DNA from: an archaeon
Lineage (GTDB): Archaea > EX4484-52 > B79-G9
Length of the DNA: 44,357 nt
Reading direction: 5' to 3'
NCBI GenBank assembly: GCA_043813875.1
Contig: JBDRKP010000042.1
Coordinates: 1 to 44,357 of the forward strand
The notes beneath the pieces were generated by a model. The model saw only the letters and a program-made list of their open reading frames with translations, searched no databases and had not been told where the DNA came from. This document shows positions 1-9,483 of this stretch, in pieces. Made by a program: the position numbers and the translations under genes. The stretch's first letter is position 1. Each line of letters begins with the position of its first letter.

Positions 1-55
1 CACAAGACATATAAATTTAAACAAGAAAGAAAAAAGGAAGACAGGTGTTATTTTT

Positions 56-2494
56 ATGGATAAGAAGAACGAGAAGAAAGATGATAAACAAGGTTATGAT
101 CCGAAAGTGAGGGAGCCTGAGATACAGGCATTCTGGGAAAAGGAGAATGTCTACAAGTTCGATGAGGCGAGCAAAAAAAAGGTATACAGCATCGATACGC
201 CGCCACCTACTGTGTCGGGCAAGATGCATCTTGGGCATGCGTTCTCTTATTCGCAGGCGGATTTCATCGCGAGGTACAAGCGCATGAGAGGCCATAATGT
301 TTTCTACCCGTTCGGGTTCGATGACAACGGGCTTGCTACTGAGCGCTTTGTCGAGAAGAAGGAGAATGTGCGGGCAACAAAGATGCCGCGAAAGGAGTTC
401 GTCAAGCTCTGCCTCAAGTCGACGACCGAGGCTGAGAAGTCATTGAAGGATTCCTGGGCGCGCCTCGGCATAAGCTGCGACTGGGGGATCAGTTACAGGA
501 CAATCGATGATGAGAGCCAGAGGACTTCCCAGTTGTCCTTTGTCAAGCTATACAAGATGGGGCGCGAGTACCAGAAGGAGGCACCGACGATATGGTGCCC
601 TAAGTGCCAGACTGCGATCGCACAGGTGGAGCTTGAGGACCAGGAGCTTGATTCAACGTTCAATGATATCAGATTCAGGATGGATGACGGGACTGATCTT
701 GTCATCGCTACTACGAGGCCGGAATTATTGCCTAGCTGCGTCGCTGTGTTTGTGCATCCAGAGGACAAGAGATACAAGAAATATGCCGGAAAAGATGCCA
801 CGATCCCGATTTTCGGGCAGAAGGTGAAGATTCTTGCCGATGAGCGCGCTGATCCTGAAAAGGGGACCGGTGCTGTCATGTGCTGCACGTTCGGCGACCA
901 GACAGATATCGAGTGGTATAAGGCGCATAATCTGCCGATGAAGATATCCATCACCAAAGACGGGTTCATGAATGAGAATGCTCTCACGTATAAAGGAATG
1001 ACGATAAAGGATGCGCGAAAGAAGATTGTCGAGGACCTTAAGAAAGAGGGGGCGCTGGTGTCACAGAAGCCTATCAAGCATGCGGTGAATGTGCATGAGC
1101 GGTGCGGCACAGAAATCGAGATACTCAACACGAAGCAGTGGTTCATCAGATATCTTGACCTGAAGGATGATTTCATCAAGGCAGGCAGGAAGATCAAGTG
1201 GTATCCGGAATATATGAGGATACGCTATGACAACTGGATAAACGGGCTCCAGTGGGACTGGTGCATATCGCGCCAGAGGTATTTCGGGGTGCCGTTCCCG
1301 GTATGGTACTGCCGGAAGTGCGGCGAGATCATTGTCGCTGAAGAAAGCGAGCTGCCTGTCGATCCGCTTGAGGACATTCCTAAAAAGGCATGCAAGTGCG
1401 GGTCAAGGGAGTTCGATGGGGAGAGGGATGTGCTTGACACGTGGGCGACGTCGTCGCTTACGCCAGAGATCGCTCTTCGATGGCAGAAGGACAAGAAGTT
1501 CTTCAAGAAGATGTATCCGATGGATCTGCGTCCGCAGGCTCATGATATCATCACGTTCTGGCTGTTCAATACTGTCGTGAAGGGGCTTCTTCATGAAAAT
1601 GAGATCCCGTGGAAGAATACGATGATCTCCGGTCATGCGCTTGACCCTCACGGAAAGAAGATGTCTAAGAGCAAGGGGAATGCGATTGATCCGATAGAGA
1701 CGATAAAGAATAATTCGGCTGATGCGCTCAGGTTCTGGGCAGCCGGCTCAAAGCTTGGAGATGATCTTGCTTTCCAGGAAAAGGATTTCATCACGGGCAG
1801 GAAATTCATTGTCAAGCTGTTCAATGCGTCGCGGTTTGCGATGATACATCTTGAGGGCTACAAGAAGCTGAAGTCGAAGCCGAAGGATATAACGACCATC
1901 GACAGGTGGGCGCTTTCAAAGCTCCATCAGCTTATCAGGATATCTACGGATGAGTTTGAAAGGCACGAATATACGAGGTCCAAGGCTGAGACTGAGAAGT
2001 TCTTCTTCCAGATACTGTGCGACAATTATCTTGAGATCGCAAAGGACAGGCTGTATAACCAGGAGAAGTACGAGAAGAGTGAAGTCGAGTCTGCCAAATA
2101 CACGCTTTATGAGATGCTGCTTTCTGTGCTCAAGCTTGTTGCGCCGATCATGCCGCATATCACTGAAGAGATATACCAGAGCCATTTCAGGGATAAGGAG
2201 GGCGATGTCTCGATACATGTCTCTTCCTGGCCTGTGTATGATGAGTTGATGGTCGATGAGAAGGCGCTTGATGCTGGCGATCTTGCCGTGAAGGCGATCA
2301 GCGCTATCAGGCAGTACAAGAGCGAGAGGAAGATGCCGCTGAATGCGCCGCTTGATTCGGTCATGATCGATGCCGGTGAAGAGATAAGGGCTGCCGAGAA
2401 GGATATCATGAGCACGATGAAGATCGGGAAAATCAGGTTCTCTAAAGTTGATGCTTCGGATATTACTGTGGATGATGTCAGGATAAAGGTGTGA
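56..2494 (+). CDS. valS: Valine--tRNA ligase (archaeal type)
   Basis: DTPPPTVSGKMHLGH (HIGH), GFDDNGL, GTGAVM editing-domain motif, WDWCISRQRYFG, KMSKS; 812 aa. Confidence 0.97.
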   Translation: MDKKNEKKDDKQGYDPKVREPEIQAFWEKENVYKFDEASKKKVYSIDTPPPTVSGKMHLGHAFSYSQADFIARYKRMRGHNVFYPFGFDDNGLATERFVEKKENVRATKMPRKEFVKLCLKSTTEAEKSLKDSWARLGISCDWGISYRTIDDESQRTSQLSFVKLYKMGREYQKEAPTIWCPKCQTAIAQVELEDQELDSTFNDIRFRMDDGTDLVIATTRPELLPSCVAVFVHPEDKRYKKYAGKDATIPIFGQKVKILADERADPEKGTGAVMCCTFGDQTDIEWYKAHNLPMKISITKDGFMNENALTYKGMTIKDARKKIVEDLKKEGALVSQKPIKHAVNVHERCGTEIEILNTKQWFIRYLDLKDDFIKAGRKIKWYPEYMRIRYDNWINGLQWDWCISRQRYFGVPFPVWYCRKCGEIIVAEESELPVDPLEDIPKKACKCGSREFDGERDVLDTWATSSLTPEIALRWQKDKKFFKKMYPMDLRPQAHDIITFWLFNTVVKGLLHENEIPWKNTMISGHALDPHGKKMSKSKGNAIDPIETIKNNSADALRFWAAGSKLGDDLAFQEKDFITGRKFIVKLFNASRFAMIHLEGYKKLKSKPKDITTIDRWALSKLHQLIRISTDEFERHEYTRSKAETEKFFFQILCDNYLEIAKDRLYNQEKYEKSEVESAKYTLYEMLLSVLKLVAPIMPHITEEIYQSHFRDKEGDVSIHVSSWPVYDELMVDEKALDAGDLAVKAISAIRQYKSERKMPLNAPLDSVMIDAGEEIRAAEKDIMSTMKIGKIRFSKVDASDITVDDVRIKV

Positions 2495-2526
2495 TAAAGG
2501 TCCGAGTTCGCCCGGTATAAAAGGGG

Positions 2527-2628
2527 TTATTCGCAGAACGCGTGGGCGCTATCGCTGTGGTGGTAGAGCAGGGCCAGTATAGCTGCTATCGATACACATA
2601 ATATCAGTACCCAGTACCATTTGTCCAT
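2527..2628 (-). CDS. Putative 33-aa single-TM small protein (MDKWYWVLILCVSIAAILALLYHHSDSAHAFCE)
   Basis: Hand-translated sORF below the ORF-track cutoff; one clear hydrophobic helix; TATA-like AT tract upstream and T-run downstream. Confidence 0.45.
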   Translation of the reverse strand: MDKWYWVLILCVSIAAILALLYHHSDSAHAFCE

Positions 2629-2680
2629 TGTATCCCAAGTGTATTAATAGGGTTTTTGAATTATTATATTTTTAGGTCGG

Positions 2681-3594
2681 TTACATTTCCTTTAAAATCC
2701 CGTCTCTAGCCTCAACCATGTTTTTCAGCTTTCCGAAGGCCAGATCCTCTGTGAGGTTCCTTAGGCCGCAGTCGGGGTCTATTATCAGTTGCGATGGAGG
2801 GAGGATGTCTAATGCGGTTCTTATGCGGTCTTTTATCTGGCTTACTGTCTCTATTGATCTTTCTTCCACGCTGATGCAGCCGAAGCCGATTGTCTTTTTG
2901 AACTTGTGCTGCCTTAAGGGTTCGAGGTTGTATGGATGCGCCACAAATTCAAGGTCGAGAATTCGATCCTGAGGTCGAGAAGGCTCGTGAATATGGGCCT
3001 TACGTCGCCGCAGACATGGAGGGCTACCGGGATGCGCACGTCTTTTGTGAGTTCGCGTATCATGTCGCCTATGGGTTCAAAATATTCGACTGAGAGGAAG
3101 GGCTCATCTATCTGGATCATGTGTACCTGATTCTTGAGGTCGTGTATTTCCTCTTTGAGCGCGTCGACAAATGCCCATGCAACTTCATCGTCGTTCTTAT
3201 AGTAGCTGTTCGTACAGTTACGGGAGATGGTGTAGGGGCCGGTGAGGATCCCTTTGACTTTTGTTTTTCCATCTGTCATGGTGCCGATGAATTCGAGGTC
3301 ATTTTTGATTATGAGGCATTTCCGTTTTATTTCGCCGATAATTTTCGGCCTTGGGCCGGCGTTGATTCCGTGGCAGCATGAGGCGACGATCGATATCATG
3401 TCTTTTCTTACCTGGCCGTCTGAGATTATGTTGATGCCGGCTTCTTTTTGCTTTTCGACTGCGTATCTTATCGCGTCTGTGCCAGGGTCTTTCTTGAAGT
3501 AGAACTGGCTTAAGATGCTGCCTATTCCTATTCTTGCGGGGTAGGAGCCTACGACTGTTGTTTCCAGTTGCGGGCTGTTATGCTTTTCTGACAT
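2681..3594 (-). pseudogene. metE: Cobalamin-independent methionine synthase, archaeal single catalytic-domain type, split by a 1-nt deletion near 2962-2964
   Basis: TTVVGSYP, SDGQVR, KGILTGPYT, IQIDEP, HVCG in ORF 2914-3594; LEF...IDPDCGLR...KLKNMV in the other frame (2681-2944). Span is 914 nt (3n+2); adding one base restores LLDLRI(D/E)ILDLEFVAHP. Confidence 0.85.
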
Positions 3595-3634
3595 AGGGTA
3601 TATATGCCGGCGGCAGGTATATTAATTTTATAGT

Positions 3635-4010
3635 AAAAAGCACAATTGCATTTACAATTAATGTGCTTTTTCCATATAGATTGCTCGCATTTTTGTGTGA
3701 ATATAGTCAAAGACATAACTTTTTGGACTATATGTCTTTGCCATACATGTAAAAATAGAGATGCTATTTTTACTGTCCAGCAAATCAGAGATTTGCCCGG
3801 ATAGTTAACGCCTATTGTATTTGGGTTATATTTGTCAATGTAGTAACAGCGTGAACTATAGTTATGCGAGCAACTATAATAATATTTTATTCCTGAATGA
3901 ATATCGGCTTACGTTGTGACAGAGTTTGTAGTGAATCCGCTAAACTTTCAATAGTATGCGGATTCCCACATAGTCAACCCTAACGTGATTTAGGTTAAAA
4001 GGTTGACTAT
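3635..4010. other. Dense cluster of inverted repeats (multi-hairpin non-coding element) between divergent promoters
   Basis: Stems 3635-44/3662-71, 3675-90/3864-78, 3708-17/3731-40, 3749-58/3764-73, 3780-86/3790-96, 3801-11/3849-59, 3933-40/3958-65, 3970-79/4001-10. Confidence 0.7.
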
Positions 4011-4018
4011 AAATATAT
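4007..4018 (+). promoter_or_regulatory. Archaeal TATA box for a probably leaderless endonuclease IV-like transcript
   Basis: CTATAAATATAT about 20-30 nt upstream of ATG 4037; no SD. Confidence 0.5.
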
Positions 4019-4036
4019 GCGGGCCATATTCTATTT

Positions 4037-4840
4037 ATGGCAATACGTCTCGGGCCTGCGGGGATTCCGCTGGCGTGCAAGGGGAAAACGACACATGAAG
4101 GTGTCAGGTGCGTCTCGGCTCTTGGGCTTGATGCGCTTGAGATTGAGTTTGTGCGAAGCATCTATCTTGATTCCGCGGCTGCTATGGTTGTGGGGAGGGT
4201 TGCGCGGGAGCTTGATGTGGCGCTGTCGTGCCATGCGCCTTATTTTATCAATCTGGCGTCCAGGGATGATGATGTTGTTGTGAAGAGCAGGAAATATATA
4301 TCTGATACGCTCCGGATCGCTGATGCCTGCGGGGCTACGGTCGCTGTCGTTCATGCGGGGTTTTATATGGGGAGGGGAGCTCATGAGACGTTTGAGATGA
4401 TCAAGAAGGCGGTTTCTGATTTTGATTCACGGGCTCTGTTGGGTATCGAGACGATGGGCAGGCAGAAGCAGTTCGGGACGCTTGATGAGGTCGAGAGGAT
4501 GACTATTGAATGTGAGAATGTTGTTCCTGTGGTGGATTTTGCGCATGTGCATGCGCGCCTGAATGGAGGGTTGAGGACTAAGGATGATTTTCGCGCTATT
4601 CTTGACAGGTTTGAGAGGATCGGGGTCAGGCCTATCCATTGCCATATGACGGGGATAAAGTATGATAATGGGAATGAGAAGCATCATCTTGCGCTTTCGT
4701 CCTATGAGCCGGATTTTCGGCTGCTTGCCGAGGTCTTGCGGGAGAATGAGTATGATGTGACTTTGATTTCTGAGAGTCCTGTTCTTGAGGAGGATGCGAT
4801 TTTGTTTAAGGGATGGGTTGGGGGAAATCAGAAAAAATAG
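4037..4840 (+). CDS. Endonuclease IV-like (AP endonuclease 2) TIM-barrel protein
   Basis: LGPAGIP, EIEFVR, HAPYFINLAS, VHAG, ETMG...QFGTLDE, DFAHVHAR, EKHH, ISESP..EEDA. Confidence 0.9.
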   Translation: MAIRLGPAGIPLACKGKTTHEGVRCVSALGLDALEIEFVRSIYLDSAAAMVVGRVARELDVALSCHAPYFINLASRDDDVVVKSRKYISDTLRIADACGATVAVVHAGFYMGRGAHETFEMIKKAVSDFDSRALLGIETMGRQKQFGTLDEVERMTIECENVVPVVDFAHVHARLNGGLRTKDDFRAILDRFERIGVRPIHCHMTGIKYDNGNEKHHLALSSYEPDFRLLAEVLRENEYDVTLISESPVLEEDAILFKGWVGGNQKK

Positions 4841-4912
4841 ATGAGCAACGATAATAACAGCTCAATATCAAACAGATCAATGTTCTATGAAATAATGAAG
4901 CTTGAAGCATTT

Positions 4913-5515
4913 TTAAGATAGCAAATGAACAAAGGACTCTTTAGAAATACCTGATTTAATCAAATAATCCTTTTCTTTGTCAGGCAAAGAATCTACTAAT
5001 ACCTGACCCTTCTGTTTCCAGTAATTTTCCGCACCTTGTGTGACAGGCATGCCAGTCAAAAAATCATAGCCCTTATCTTTAAGCCAAGGCAAGATATTTC
5101 GATAGCATTCGCCTCCAATTCCTTTGAAATCATCGGCCATGTTTCTTTCAATGTACGCTAAATTCACGATATTGCCAGACTTCTGATACAGATGAAAAGC
5201 AAGAACAATCTTATCATTTTGCGATATAGTATTGTCTTCGATGTATCTGATGTACCTGTGATAAATCGGGTCTAAATCGTCGGGTAAAGGTGTGTCTATC
5301 GTGAGTTCATCTTTTTCAGCAGCATCCATACTTCTTTCTTGCCATTGATTATAGGAATCCCAATTCCGATAATTATCCTCTGTCTCTTTCTGGATATAGA
5401 TTACCAGGAGTTCACCAGAATTATTAATCGGCACAACGACATCCAAATCAGCTATTTCTCTTGGAAATATGTTCATCAACTGATATGGATCTGTTTTTAA
5501 ATCATACATATACAT
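4913..5515 (-). CDS. Hypothetical AT-rich protein; possible GNAT-like C-terminal half
   Basis: 200-aa ORF with markedly lower GC than its neighbours; FKGIG motif-A-like segment and A..YWK..G. Confidence 0.6.
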   Translation of the reverse strand: MYMYDLKTDPYQLMNIFPREIADLDVVVPINNSGELLVIYIQKETEDNYRNWDSYNQWQERSMDAAEKDELTIDTPLPDDLDPIYHRYIRYIEDNTISQNDKIVLAFHLYQKSGNIVNLAYIERNMADDFKGIGGECYRNILPWLKDKGYDFLTGMPVTQGAENYWKQKGQVLVDSLPDKEKDYLIKSGISKESFVHLLS

Positions 5516-5616
5516 ATTTTATATTCCAATATATTTAAAGTTAACTACTTATTAATAACAACACATATCTAAAAATATATTTTAACATTTTAAATATAAA
5601 AAAGCCAGTTGTTTAA

Positions 5617-6576
5617 TCAGTCATCGACGCGCCATCTTGGCAATATCATGCTGTCTTTCAGGGCGGTTATTATTTTTCCGTTCTTGTGGTTGAGGATGCC
5701 GCTCCAGGCAATCATCACACCATTGTCGCCTGCGTATTCCATCGGGCATGCGTAGTATCTTGCGCCGCGCTCTTTTGCCATTATGGATAGCATCTCGTTG
5801 AATCTTTTGTTCGCGGCTACGCCGCCGGTTATGAGGACCTCGGTCTTTTCCGTGTGGGCGAGGGCGCGCTCTGTCGCTTCTATCAGCATCGCGAAGGCGT
5901 GTTCCTGGAAGGAGAAGCAGAGGTCGGCGAGTTTTGCGCCGGCTTTGTATCTTCTTACCACGTCTGTGACGAGGCCGGAATAGGAGAAGTCCATGCCTTT
6001 TACTGTGTAGGGCAGCTCGATGTATTTGCCGTCTTTTGCGAGCTTTTCTATCACAGGTCCGCCCGGGAAGCCAAGGTCGCAGTCTCTTGCGAATTTGTCT
6101 ATGGCGTTGCCGATCGCTATGTCCAGGGTCTCGCCGAATACGCGGTATTTGCCGCAGGTGAAGCCGATTACCTGGGAGTTGCCGCCTGAGACGTAGAGGA
6201 CTATCGGATCAATCGCATCTGTCAATAGTTTTGCTATGTCAATGTGTGAGATGCAGTGGTTTACGCCTACCAAGGGTTTTTTGAGTTTCAATGAGAGTGT
6301 GCGGGCGAATGTCGCTGTGATTCTCAGGCACGGCGGGAGGCCAGGGCCTTGTGAGAATGAGATCATGTCGAGGTCTTTTATGTTGATTTTTGCGGATTTC
6401 AGGGCGTCTTTCAAAAGTTTGGGGGCCATCTCTGCGTGATGCTCGGCTGCTTCCCGAGGGTGGATGCCTAATGGAGGGAAGAAACTTGATTTTTTGCTTG
6501 CAAGAATGTTTCCTTTTTCATCGACTATGCCGATGCCCAATGTGTGCGCGGTCCCTTCGATTCCAAGTGATAGCAT
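5617..6576 (-). CDS. kae1: KEOPS t6A37 threonylcarbamoyltransferase Kae1
   Basis: LGIEGTAHT, GIHPREAAEHH, SQGPG, VNHCISH, LYVSGGN, GETLDIAIGNAIDKFAR, GGVAAN, DNGVMIA. Confidence 0.96.
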   Translation of the reverse strand: MLSLGIEGTAHTLGIGIVDEKGNILASKKSSFFPPLGIHPREAAEHHAEMAPKLLKDALKSAKINIKDLDMISFSQGPGLPPCLRITATFARTLSLKLKKPLVGVNHCISHIDIAKLLTDAIDPIVLYVSGGNSQVIGFTCGKYRVFGETLDIAIGNAIDKFARDCDLGFPGGPVIEKLAKDGKYIELPYTVKGMDFSYSGLVTDVVRRYKAGAKLADLCFSFQEHAFAMLIEATERALAHTEKTEVLITGGVAANKRFNEMLSIMAKERGARYYACPMEYAGDNGVMIAWSGILNHKNGKIITALKDSMILPRWRVDD

Positions 6577-6687
6577 GGGATTCTTATGGGGTTTTAAGTT
6601 TATATTAGTTGTTAGTTGGTTCTTGCTGAATCTAATAATAATACGAAATATATAAAAAAGAATTAGATAATACTGAAATTACTGAAA

Positions 6688-6873
6688 TCATGATTTCTTG
6701 ATCTCGGTGTAGCCGCATCCGCCGCAGTATACCCTGTTCTTCATGGTCGCAAGGAGCATCTTGCATTTCGGGCATTTCCTGTTCTTCAAGACTGCTTTAC
6801 CGTCTTTTATCTCGTAATTCTTCCATAACTGAGGGCTCTTTCCTTTACCTTTGCTTTTTGCTTTTTTTGCGAT
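6688..6873 (-). CDS. rps27ae: 30S ribosomal protein S27ae (eS31); start assigned to ATC at 6873 (alternatives GTG 6882, ATG 6903)
   Basis: YEIKDGK..LKNRKCPKC...RVYCGGCGYTE zinc ribbon; conserved position between rps24e and kae1. Confidence 0.9.
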   Translation of the reverse strand: MAKKAKSKGKGKSPQLWKNYEIKDGKAVLKNRKCPKCKMLLATMKNRVYCGGCGYTEIKKS

Positions 6874-6886
6874 AATAGTCACCTGA

Positions 6887-7252
6887 TCATTCTTTTTTCT
6901 CATCAGTGGATTTTGATTCTTCTGTTTTAGCTTCAACTGGCGCCTCTTTTACTTCCGCGGCGCTGGAGCCTGAGTCTTGCGGCTTTTTAGCTTCTTCTTT
7001 TTTCGAAGGCTCGTAACCTGGTACAAGCTCGGGCTTGTCGTAGACTTTTACATGCACTTCACTTTGATGCCTGCCGTACTTCTGATAGACTGTATCAATG
7101 AAGACACATTCCGGCTTGAGCTTAAGTTCGTTGGACAATTCTGTCCTGATGTCTTTTTTGCTTGGTGTGGTTCCTTGCTTTGTTACCATGCATACCAGCT
7201 CTCTTCTTGAAAAAAGAGGGTTCTTTTTGTCGTCGATAATGTTTATTTCCAT
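6887..7252 (-). CDS. rps24e: 30S ribosomal protein S24e with charged C-terminal extension
   Basis: MEINIIDDKKNPLFSRRE, TPSKKDIR, YG...VKVY; start placed at ATG 7252. Confidence 0.92.
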   Translation of the reverse strand: MEINIIDDKKNPLFSRRELVCMVTKQGTTPSKKDIRTELSNELKLKPECVFIDTVYQKYGRHQSEVHVKVYDKPELVPGYEPSKKEEAKKPQDSGSSAAEVKEAPVEAKTEESKSTDEKKE

Positions 7253-7284
7253 AATATCAATCCATTTTCGTTTATTTATATTTC

Positions 7285-7467
7285 TCAATATATCTGCAAA
7301 GCGTATCTTCCTGGAATTGCGCGATCTGCCTTGGTGCCCATCTCGGATACTGCCTCATATACTATCAGAACGCCTTTCCAGTTCCTTGTGAGATCCTTGT
7401 TCTTGCAAACCTCACATTCTTTCTCTTCGGTTATCCTATGACATATTCTGCATGCTTTTTCGGACAT
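7285..7467 (-). CDS. spt4: Transcription elongation factor Spt4 (RpoE'')
   Basis: KACRICH..CEVC...WKG...PGRYAL; follows rpoE'. Confidence 0.93.
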   Translation of the reverse strand: MSEKACRICHRITEEKECEVCKNKDLTRNWKGVLIVYEAVSEMGTKADRAIPGRYALQIY

Positions 7468-7476
7468 ATTTCATCA

Positions 7477-8115
7477 TCATTTTTTATTTTTTGCTTTCTC
7501 TTTTTTAGGCGCTTCTTTCTTAGACGCTTCTTTTTTAGGTGATTCTGTGTCTGCTTTGTTTTTCGCTTTCAGTTTCGCTTTCTTTTCTGCCTCGAGCCAT
7601 TCGATTGCGCCCAATCCCGGCTGTCTCATAGTGAGATTTATCTTGTTCACTTCTTTCTTGTCAAGACTCACTCCAATCAGCCTTGCCCTTACTTTGTCGC
7701 CTACTTTTAAATTCTTGCTTGAATCCTTGCCGGATAAGATACCGGTCTTGCGATCATAACTTATGAAATCGTTCACTATCTGCGATATGTGGCACATGCC
7801 GTCGATGGGTCCGAACCTGACAAACACGCCGAATTCTGTGATGTCGACCACAACACCTTCGATGACCTCGTGCAGTTTTGGTACGAATACGATTGCCTTG
7901 AATCTGGCCTCATAGTGTATGCCGGCATCTTCTATCTCTATCAATCCGCCCTTGATATCCATGGCATCGGTGATTGCAAGGACAACGCCATGTTCTGCAA
8001 TTATCTTGTTTTCGTACTTCGCTGCCAGGCTTTTCCTGACGGATTCTTTCTTGTCCAGACCAATGTTTTCTGGTGTGGTTCTTACGGAATCGTCTATTAT
8101 CATTTCCTCAAACAT
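7477..8115 (-). CDS. rpoE: RNA polymerase subunit Rpo7 (E') with Lys-rich tail
   Basis: PKLHEVIEG, EFGVFVRFGPIDGMCHISQI S1 domain, LTMRQPGLG..EW. Confidence 0.95.
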   Translation of the reverse strand: MFEEMIIDDSVRTTPENIGLDKKESVRKSLAAKYENKIIAEHGVVLAITDAMDIKGGLIEIEDAGIHYEARFKAIVFVPKLHEVIEGVVVDITEFGVFVRFGPIDGMCHISQIVNDFISYDRKTGILSGKDSSKNLKVGDKVRARLIGVSLDKKEVNKINLTMRQPGLGAIEWLEAEKKAKLKAKNKADTESPKKEASKKEAPKKEKAKNKK

Positions 8116-8137
8116 AGTATTACCTTCTATAGTCTTT

Positions 8138-8659
8138 TTAGTCTTTTTTTATCCCGTACATCTTCATCGAATGGACGATTGTACGCTCTGCTTCTTTTGC
8201 GTCTGCCCAACCGATTATTTTAATATCGTTTTTTTTGGGTGCCTTGTATGTCCTGAAAAATTCCTCAATCTCTTTTAGTGCGTGTTTTGAAACTCCTGAT
8301 ACGTCTCTGGTCTCACCATATTCGGGGTCATTCACGGGCACGGTGAGGATAAGGTCTTTTCGTATCCCGTTTTCGGTGAATCTTAATATGCCTATCGGAA
8401 TCGCATCTACGAGGCATCCCGGCAATGTCGGGTACTCGGTGAGGATCATGGCGGTCAATGGCACGCTATCGTCCAATGCTGTCCTTGGTATGAAACCGAA
8501 TTCTCTAGGATATGGAATTGGGGTACAGATCATGTTTTCCAGTCTTGTGAACATCCCGGTTACATTGTATCGGTTTTTTGAATTCCTGGTCGCTTCTACA
8601 ACCACGGTTACTATTTTCGGGGGTTTAGGCCCTGTCGGCAAATCTTTGTGTTTATCCAT
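8138..8659 (-). CDS. Family I inorganic pyrophosphatase homolog with degenerate active site
   Basis: LPTGPKPP, YP..FGFIPRT, PGCLV..IPIG, DPEY, EIEEFFRTYK; DGDPxD motif reads DSVPLT. Confidence 0.85.
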   Translation of the reverse strand: MDKHKDLPTGPKPPKIVTVVVEATRNSKNRYNVTGMFTRLENMICTPIPYPREFGFIPRTALDDSVPLTAMILTEYPTLPGCLVDAIPIGILRFTENGIRKDLILTVPVNDPEYGETRDVSGVSKHALKEIEEFFRTYKAPKKNDIKIIGWADAKEAERTIVHSMKMYGIKKD

Positions 8660-8892
8660 CAATACACCTTATGGTGTCAGCAATATGATGAGAAGCGAGA
8701 TGATTAATGTTTTAATTATTAGGATATTGTGTCCACAAAGCTTTTTAAATTTAATTGTTGTGACGATGAGATTTGATTATTTTTACTCTTGATTTAACTT
8801 TATATAATTATGAATCTAATGTTATTGATAGTTATAACGTGTTTAATCAAACTTAATGAAACAACATGTTTAATTTGATGTGAGGTGTCAAT

Positions 8893-9447
8893 ATGGTGTT
8901 TGAGTCTTATGGCCTGATTATAGTTGCGGTTCTGGTAATCGGTTTTATTGTCTATTATATCAACAGGTTTGCTGTGCTTGCAAACATTATCGACAATTCA
9001 TGGTCGCAGATCGATGTGCAGCTGAAGAAGCGTAATGATCTTGTGCCTAATCTCGTCGAGACTGTCAAGGGCTATGCAAAACATGAACAGCAGGCCATAA
9101 AGGCGGTCACTGAGGCGAGGGTGCGCATGATGCAGGCGGGGACCGTGGAGGAAAAAGCGGCAGCAGGCAATATGATGAGCGATGCACTGAAGACGATTTT
9201 TGCGATCTCTGAGAACTATCCGCAGCTCAAGGCAAATGAGAATTTCATGATGCTCCAGGAGGAGCTTTCGGGTATCGAGAATAAGATCGCTTATGCAAGA
9301 CAGCATTATAATGACAGCGTCCTTGTGTATAACAATCTTGCGACCACGATACCAGGGTCTTTGTTTGCAGGCGCTCTTGGCAGGAAAGTCAAGCCATATC
9401 TTGAGACTGATGCAAAGGAAAGAGAACCGGTCAAGGTCAAATTCTAG
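8893..9447 (+). CDS. lemA: LemA family protein
   Basis: N-terminal TM; WSQIDVQLKKR.DLVPNLVETVKGYAKHE; ENYPQLKANENF; ENKIAYARQ.YND. Confidence 0.95.
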   Translation: MVFESYGLIIVAVLVIGFIVYYINRFAVLANIIDNSWSQIDVQLKKRNDLVPNLVETVKGYAKHEQQAIKAVTEARVRMMQAGTVEEKAAAGNMMSDALKTIFAISENYPQLKANENFMMLQEELSGIENKIAYARQHYNDSVLVYNNLATTIPGSLFAGALGRKVKPYLETDAKEREPVKVKF

Positions 9448-9483
9448 GCGGGCTTTTGCCCTTTTACTTTTTGGTGAATATGC

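Noticed and set aside
2950..2975. Programmed -1 frameshift in metE
   Set aside because: No X XXY YYZ slippery heptamer at the junction; deletion or assembly error is more parsimonious
3635..4010. Replication origin (oriC)
   Set aside because: No ORB-like repeats with G-strings and no adjacent cdc6/orc1; kept only as an unexplained structured element
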